DNA of 64,000 nucleotides from assembly GCA_965250195.1 (NCBI GenBank), contig OZ252295.1:654269-718268 (forward strand). The letters are read 5' to 3'. Both the position numbers and the translations under genes were made by a program. Position 1 is the stretch's first letter, and every line of letters begins with the position of its first letter. This document shows positions 59,462 to 64,000 of the stretch, one piece after another. The notes beneath the pieces were generated by a model. It did no database searches. It had not been told where the DNA came from and saw only the letters and a program-made list of their open reading frames with translations. This stretch comes from Dehalococcoidia bacterium (GTDB lineage Bacteria; Chloroflexota; Dehalococcoidia; Lucifugimonadales; UBA2962).

Positions 59462-59540
59462 CTCCCGAAACCGACCTTGCCAGCCTCCTCAAGCGCAATT
59501 CTCGCGCGCCTTGTCCATTTAGTTGTAGTGAAGACGAGTT

Positions 59541-59816
59541 GTGGAATCTCTAACTGAAATAGAAGCTGGCCCCTGGGGAGAGTTCGAAGCCGTTCGTAGC
59601 TGGGCTATCGAGTTTCCGTTGCCAAGACCGGAGATTCCGGCATTCTGCGAAGCGCTTGAGATCGTGATCTCTGCCAAAGGCGGGGCCACCTACTACGCCC
59701 GCGATTTCCCGTCCGTAGGGACCAAACGCTGTCGATATGAGTGCCCTTGCGTTTTCATGGTCATCCGCGGAGTCTCCGCGTCTCAATGGTGTTCGACGTC
59801 GGTGACGGAGACCTAA
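59541..59816 (+). CDS. hypothetical 91-aa protein (orphan), first ORF of the low-GC cassette
   Basis: GTG start. Its TAA overlaps the ATG of the next ORF (TAATG). No family is recognised, and its coding status is uncertain. Confidence 0.35.
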   Translation: MESLTEIEAGPWGEFEAVRSWAIEFPLPRPEIPAFCEALEIVISAKGGATYYARDFPSVGTKRCRYECPCVFMVIRGVSASQWCSTSVTET

Positions 59817-60994
59817 TGAGTTTGACGGGAAACTACGCGTTAGGTGAACCGCACCTCGGACAGCATCAACTCATGGATCGGCGAACGTTGAGAAGGCTGT
59901 CGGGACAGGTACGAAGCGTCATTGAAACTGCTGTGGGGATCGTGGAAGGAAGCGCACTCGACCTGTTTAATCCCTTCGGTTATGTCGAGTTGCCTAAAGC
60001 TCACTCCCTTCTACAAACCATTCATTTCAATGGCCGGTCATTATTAGCATCTGCGCGTGACAAAGAATCGACGGACTCGATTTCAGCCTTCCGCGTAATG
60101 GCAAGGACCTACAATGCCGCTTCCTCGGAGCCCGTACTGAACTCCGACATTGAACACTTGGTAGCACTACTTACCGTCCTAGTTGGGCAGTCAGTGAAGC
60201 AGGGGCACATCGAGTGGCCTCGGGGCCAGAACCGTCAACTGCTCTATTCCGGCCCACGTCAAGTCAAGTCGTTCTATCCAGGCCGCCGTTATCTGTACCC
60301 AGATCCTTCTGGCACCTATTCGACTGACGTGACAAGTACAGCCCAGACCGCGCTGGAAATTCTAGCGAAGACCTCCGTAAATCAAAATCCTAGCTTGTGG
60401 CGTGCGATCCTTGCCTACTCAAGCGGCATTTCCCTGCACAGCAAGGAGCCAACCCTAGCTTCTGTGGCATTTATTGCAACCCTGAATAGTCTCGTGGAAA
60501 AAAAGCACTGCCCCGGCAAGGTCACATGTTCAGAATGCGGTGCGAGGCCATCTCACCCGGAGCCTAGTGAACCGAACGCAGTGGCAAACTCGATGATTAA
60601 GGATCTCTCCATCGAAGGGGACGATGCCGGGCGTGTTACACGGCTATTGAAGCGCGTCTACAGAGAACAACGCTCTGCTTACGTCCACGACGCCGTGCTT
60701 CGACACTCAGAGTTGGGCCAAGGGCGAGGAGGGGCAACAATGAGGCCGTCAACTGGCAGCATTAACAGCGACGGCCTGCTCTCCGCGGATGACCTCATGT
60801 CGATTAGCCACCTGGCAAGACGAGTATTGTTAGTTCGACTCAGTCCTTTAAGCGATGGCGTTAGTCAAATACAGGAGCGGCTCGGCAACCATCTCTTTCT
60901 AAGCAGCGGAGTTGGGAGCTTGATCTCGATTGGCCGCCAGCCGACAGGCCTCAGGCTGCCGGAAGTCGTACGCAATGGCTATCCCATTCATTAG
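59816..60994 (+). CDS. hypothetical 392-aa protein with C-terminal HEPN-like Rx4H motif (orphan)
   Basis: ATG 59816 lies 5 nt after GGAG. It is a long ORF in an AT-richer segment. It has HCPGKVTCSECG, then LLKRVYREQRSAYVHDAVL. Alternative in-frame starts are GTG 59741 and ATG 59786. Confidence 0.6.
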   Translation: MSLTGNYALGEPHLGQHQLMDRRTLRRLSGQVRSVIETAVGIVEGSALDLFNPFGYVELPKAHSLLQTIHFNGRSLLASARDKESTDSISAFRVMARTYNAASSEPVLNSDIEHLVALLTVLVGQSVKQGHIEWPRGQNRQLLYSGPRQVKSFYPGRRYLYPDPSGTYSTDVTSTAQTALEILAKTSVNQNPSLWRAILAYSSGISLHSKEPTLASVAFIATLNSLVEKKHCPGKVTCSECGARPSHPEPSEPNAVANSMIKDLSIEGDDAGRVTRLLKRVYREQRSAYVHDAVLRHSELGQGRGGATMRPSTGSINSDGLLSADDLMSISHLARRVLLVRLSPLSDGVSQIQERLGNHLFLSSGVGSLISIGRQPTGLRLPEVVRNGYPIH

Positions 60995-61006
60995 AAAAAC
61001 GGTCGC

Positions 61007-62071
61007 TTGAATTTAGCAGAGTTGAAGAAGTCCTCTGGGCCTCAAAACGGCCACCTCTATGGACTCCTGAAGCGCAACTCGCGGGCGTTTTATCTGACGC
61101 TGCGGGTGCTGCCCGGCGCGCTGCGGGCGCCGGTGGGGCTGGCGTACCTGCTGGCCCGGGCGGCGGATACGATTTCTGATTCTCGTGCCATCCCCTCCGA
61201 CCGGCGCCTGGCCCATTTGCTGGCGTTCCGTGCGCAGGTCGCCGGTCCGGTGTCGCAGGCCGCGCTCGATGCCATCTCCGGCGACCTCGTCGACTCACAA
61301 GCGTCAGCCGCCGAGGCCGACTTGCTGCGGTCGCTTGTTCCGATCTTTTCGGAGCTGGACCGTACGGACGAGGCCGACCGGGGCCGGATTCGCGCGGTCG
61401 TGACCACGCTGACCGAGGGCATGGAGATGGACCTGGCCGGCTTTCCCGCTGGCGAAAAAAGTGAACTGACTGCCCTGCCCGATGCTGCCATGCTGGACCG
61501 CTATGTCTACCTGGTCGCGGGCTGCGTGGGGGAGTTTTGGACGGAGATGTCGGTCGCCCACACCCCCTCGCTTGCCAATTGGGACGTCGAGGCGATGTCA
61601 GGAACCGGCGTCCGGTTCGGCAAGGCGTTGCAACTGACCAACGTGCTGCGCGACGTACCCGCCGACCTGCGCAACGGCCGCTGCTACCTGCCGCTCAACG
61701 AATTGGCGGCGCTGGACCTTACTCCGCAGGACCTTATCGACGCCAGCGTCTCCGACCGGGCACGCCCGGTGCTCGGTGCCTGGGTCAACGTTGCCCTGGA
61801 ACATTACGCACAGGCGGAAAGCTACGTCCTGGCCATTCCCCGGCGCGAGAGGCGGCTCCGGCTGGCCGCGCTGTGGCCGGTGCTGATGGGCCTGCAAACC
61901 CTATCGATATTGGCCAATCAACGGGATTGGCTGGCGCCCGGCCATCCGGCGAAAGTTTCGAAAAATTGGGTCTACTGGATGATGGCCCGGTCGGCCGTGG
62001 TTGGCTCCTCCGACGCGCTCGTCTCGCGCTGGATCGCCGGCCTGCGGCGGCGCGTTGGCGCGGCAATCTAG
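61007..62071 (+). CDS. squalene/phytoene synthase family protein
   Basis: LLKRNSRAFYLTLRVLPGALRAPVGLAYLLARAADTISD and LQLTNVLRDVPADLRNGRCYLP match the two substrate-binding regions of the family. TTG start. Confidence 0.75.
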   Translation: MNLAELKKSSGPQNGHLYGLLKRNSRAFYLTLRVLPGALRAPVGLAYLLARAADTISDSRAIPSDRRLAHLLAFRAQVAGPVSQAALDAISGDLVDSQASAAEADLLRSLVPIFSELDRTDEADRGRIRAVVTTLTEGMEMDLAGFPAGEKSELTALPDAAMLDRYVYLVAGCVGEFWTEMSVAHTPSLANWDVEAMSGTGVRFGKALQLTNVLRDVPADLRNGRCYLPLNELAALDLTPQDLIDASVSDRARPVLGAWVNVALEHYAQAESYVLAIPRRERRLRLAALWPVLMGLQTLSILANQRDWLAPGHPAKVSKNWVYWMMARSAVVGSSDALVSRWIAGLRRRVGAAI

Positions 62072-62117
62072 CCGCCTCTTTTCCCCCAGGCAGTAATCAC
62101 CCAGGTCTGGGCCCGCG

Positions 62118-62146
62118 TTGACGACCCCGGTTGCCCGTGATACAAC
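62118..62146 (+). promoter_or_regulatory. candidate sigma-70-type promoter (TTGACG-N17-TACAAC)
   Basis: Read directly. It lies about 70 nt upstream of the 62218 start. Confidence 0.4.
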
Positions 62147-62217
62147 GTGCTCACCCCGGCGAGGCGGTGCCACCGCCGCTGCGGCGCCAGAGTAACGGTG
62201 ATTTCGAGGAGGCAGCA

Positions 62218-63273
62218 TTGGCTCGAAAAGGCCCCACGGGCATGATTCAGACGGTCCTCGGACCGGTCTCGCCTGAGGGGTTCGGCATCACACTGATGCA
62301 CGAGCACATGGTGCTGGACACGACCTGCTACTTTCGGGAGTCGGAGTACGCCTCCGTCCGGGCGCTGAGGGACATCCCATTCTACCCTGAGATGACCTCC
62401 CGGTCGGACGGGCTCTACAACCACCACCTGGACGGAAGCAGGATGTTCGACGAGACTTCGGCGACCGAGGACGTGCTGGAGTTCAAGCACGTCGGCGGCA
62501 GTTCGTTCGTCGATACCACCAGCATCGGCATTGGCCGCGACCCCCTGGCGCTGGCGCGCATCTCCCGGGCCACCGGGCTCAACGTGGTGATGGGGTCGAG
62601 CTACTACGTGACCTACTCCCACCCGCCCGACATGGACGAGCGCACCGAAGACCAGATCACCGAGGAAATAATCGGCGACGTCACGGTGGGCGTGGGTGAT
62701 ACGGGCGTTAAGAGCGGCATCATCGGCGAGGTGGGCAATTTCCACCCTCTCAGCGACAACGAAATTAAGGTGCTCCGGGCATCCGGCCGGGCGCAGGCCG
62801 AGACGGGCGCCGCGGTCACCATTCACTCCGGCGCCGACAACCAGTCTCCGGCAAACATCCTGGACGAACTGGTCGCCGGGGGCGCCGACCCCGTCCGCTG
62901 CATTCTGGGGCACCTCGACGCCGCCATCGAGGACCGTGGCGCGCTCAGATCGCTGGCCCAGACCGGGTGCTTCCTTGAGTACGACATCTTTAGCTGGGAG
63001 GACACCGGGCCGTTTGTGGACGGGGTCATCGATATGCCGAACGACGGCGGGCGCCTGAGCAAAATCGCCTTCCTCATCGACGAGGGCTTCGAAGACCAGA
63101 TCGTCATCGCCCACGACATATGCCGCAAGTGGCACATGCGCCGCAACGGCGGCAAGGGCTACGCCCACATCATCGAAAATATTGTCCCGCGCATGAGGGG
63201 CATGGGCATTACCCAGGACCAGATCGACAAAATTCTCGTGCACAACCCGGCCCGGGCACTGACCTTTGGCTAG
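62218..63273 (+). CDS. phosphotriesterase-family (PTER/Php-like) amidohydrolase, second paralog
   Basis: TTG 62218 lies 5 nt after GAGGAGG. Motifs GFGITLMHEHMVLD (HxH), GIIGEVG, VTIHSG, LGHLD and IAHDI. Confidence 0.8.
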   Translation: MARKGPTGMIQTVLGPVSPEGFGITLMHEHMVLDTTCYFRESEYASVRALRDIPFYPEMTSRSDGLYNHHLDGSRMFDETSATEDVLEFKHVGGSSFVDTTSIGIGRDPLALARISRATGLNVVMGSSYYVTYSHPPDMDERTEDQITEEIIGDVTVGVGDTGVKSGIIGEVGNFHPLSDNEIKVLRASGRAQAETGAAVTIHSGADNQSPANILDELVAGGADPVRCILGHLDAAIEDRGALRSLAQTGCFLEYDIFSWEDTGPFVDGVIDMPNDGGRLSKIAFLIDEGFEDQIVIAHDICRKWHMRRNGGKGYAHIIENIVPRMRGMGITQDQIDKILVHNPARALTFG

Positions 63274-63348
63274 GGCGACGGTCAAGGAGAGCAGAAGAAA
63301 GGCCTTTGACTAGGTCGGCTCTCCCAACCGGTTCGATAGGAGGAAACC

Positions 63349-64000
63349 ATGGCGAATAGCAACTCCACCATCGCCGACCTCGTAAGGGGTTGGGGCACCC
63401 AGGGCGTCACCCACGTCCAGTTCGAGTTGCCGGATATGCACGGGGTGAGCCGGTCGAAGCTGGTCCCCCTGGCCCACGTCGAGAGCTATGCGGACAAGGG
63501 CCTGAACATGTACGGCGGCACCGTGGTGCTGGACACGGCGTCGTCGGTTGTGCCCGGAACTCTTTACAACGAGGAGGTCAACTACGCCGACCAGTACCTC
63601 AAGCCAGACCTGAGCACGGCCCTCGTCGTCCCCTGGTTGGATAACACGGCCCGGCTGATTTGTGAGGGAGAGTGGGAGGACGGCACTCCCCACGAGGTGG
63701 GCCCCAGGTGGATTTTACGGCAACTTTTGAAAAAGGCCGACGCCATGGGCTACGAGGTGAAGGTCGGGCTCGAATACGAATTCTACGTCCTGTCTCCCGA
63801 CGACTCGAAACCCTATTTCGGCGGACTGCACATTTTCAACACGATCCGCAATCGGTACGTGCCGGTCATCGATCGGATACTGGAGGAGATGCCCAGGGCG
63901 GGAATCGACATAATCACCGCCAACTGTGAGTACGCCCCGTCCCAGTTCGAGATCAACTTCGCACCCGCAGAGGGGTTAGCGGCCGCCGACCAGGGCTTCA
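63349..64000 (+). CDS. glutamine synthetase-family (gamma-glutamyl ligase-like) protein, 3'-truncated by window edge
   Basis: ATG 63349 follows TAGGAGG. Hand-translated as MANSNSTIADLVRGWGTQGVTHVQFELPDMHGVSRSKLVP...GLEYEFYVL...NCEYAPSQFEINF. It is open to the window end and is not in the ORF track. Confidence 0.8.
   Translation, partial: MANSNSTIADLVRGWGTQGVTHVQFELPDMHGVSRSKLVPLAHVESYADKGLNMYGGTVVLDTASSVVPGTLYNEEVNYADQYLKPDLSTALVVPWLDNTARLICEGEWEDGTPHEVGPRWILRQLLKKADAMGYEVKVGLEYEFYVLSPDDSKPYFGGLHIFNTIRNRYVPVIDRILEEMPRAGIDIITANCEYAPSQFEINFAPAEGLAAADQGF

Noticed and set aside
59550-59786. 78-aa minus-strand ORF inside the low-GC islet
   Set aside because: It overlaps the plus-strand 91-aa ORF and the 5' end of the large ORF. 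It has no SD and no motifs, and the plus-strand pair shows TAATG coupling.
59516-61032. Direct repeats flanking the low-GC islet (ATTTAGTTGTAGTGAAGACGAG versus ATTTAGCAGAGTTGAAGAAGTC) as att-like sites
   Set aside because: Only about 14 of 22 positions match. No integrase or transposase is present, and the right copy lies inside the next gene's 5' end. The evidence is too weak to call a mobile element boundary.
62068-63285. 405-aa minus-strand ORF
   Set aside because: It is antisense to the phosphotriesterase-family gene, which has clear HxH and metal-site motifs. The shadow ORF has Arg/Gly/Val-rich composition and no motifs.

Overview
GC-rich bacterial chromosomal window with one tRNA, no rRNA and no CRISPR array. 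All calls come from reading the sequence and ORF track; nothing was searched against a database. The core (11311..33999, minus strand) is an almost gap-free translation-apparatus superoperon: rpsL-rpsG-fusA joined directly to the S10, spc and alpha operons, then truA-rplM-rpsI. rpmJ is absent from the ORF track because it is under 60 aa. Four r-protein ORFs (rplQ, rpsM, rpsH, rplW) needed shorter N-termini than the track gives; rplO may as well. Left flank (1..11291): SDRs, a family III CoA-transferase, a ThDP enzyme, VOC, MetE-like, CinA, a phosphotriesterase-family protein, an amidase with a small partner, and an enolase-superfamily enzyme. Right flank: a GrdB-like gene, a DtxR-family regulator, a complete Alternative Complex III cluster (36175..43982), a methyltransferase, DUF2461 and DUF2277 proteins, an aminotransferase, a MacAB-type exporter, a MoxR-DUF58-DUF4129 triad, a TcuA-like flavoprotein, tRNA-Gln, a 7-bladed Kelch lipoprotein, a low-GC islet, a squalene/phytoene-synthase-like gene, a second phosphotriesterase paralog and a glutamine-synthetase-like gene. 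The gene content suggests a Chloroflexota-like (SAR202-type) aerobe, but that is inference only. The most interesting observations are: (1) two ORFs joined by an in-frame UGA into a GrdB-family selenoprotein with a UxxC motif and a SECIS-like hairpin. (2) A ~1.5 kb low-GC islet with a translationally coupled orphan gene pair whose large protein has a HEPN-type Rx4H motif. (3) A polytopic membrane protein gene wedged between rpsK and rpsD. (4) Long low-complexity or domain extensions on several r-proteins, including L13 with a Rho_N/SAP-like tail, L5 with a Lys/Ala-rich head and S17 with a 170-aa acidic repeat tail. (5) A candidate small RNA carrying an exact 13-nt copy of the 16S rRNA 3' tail.
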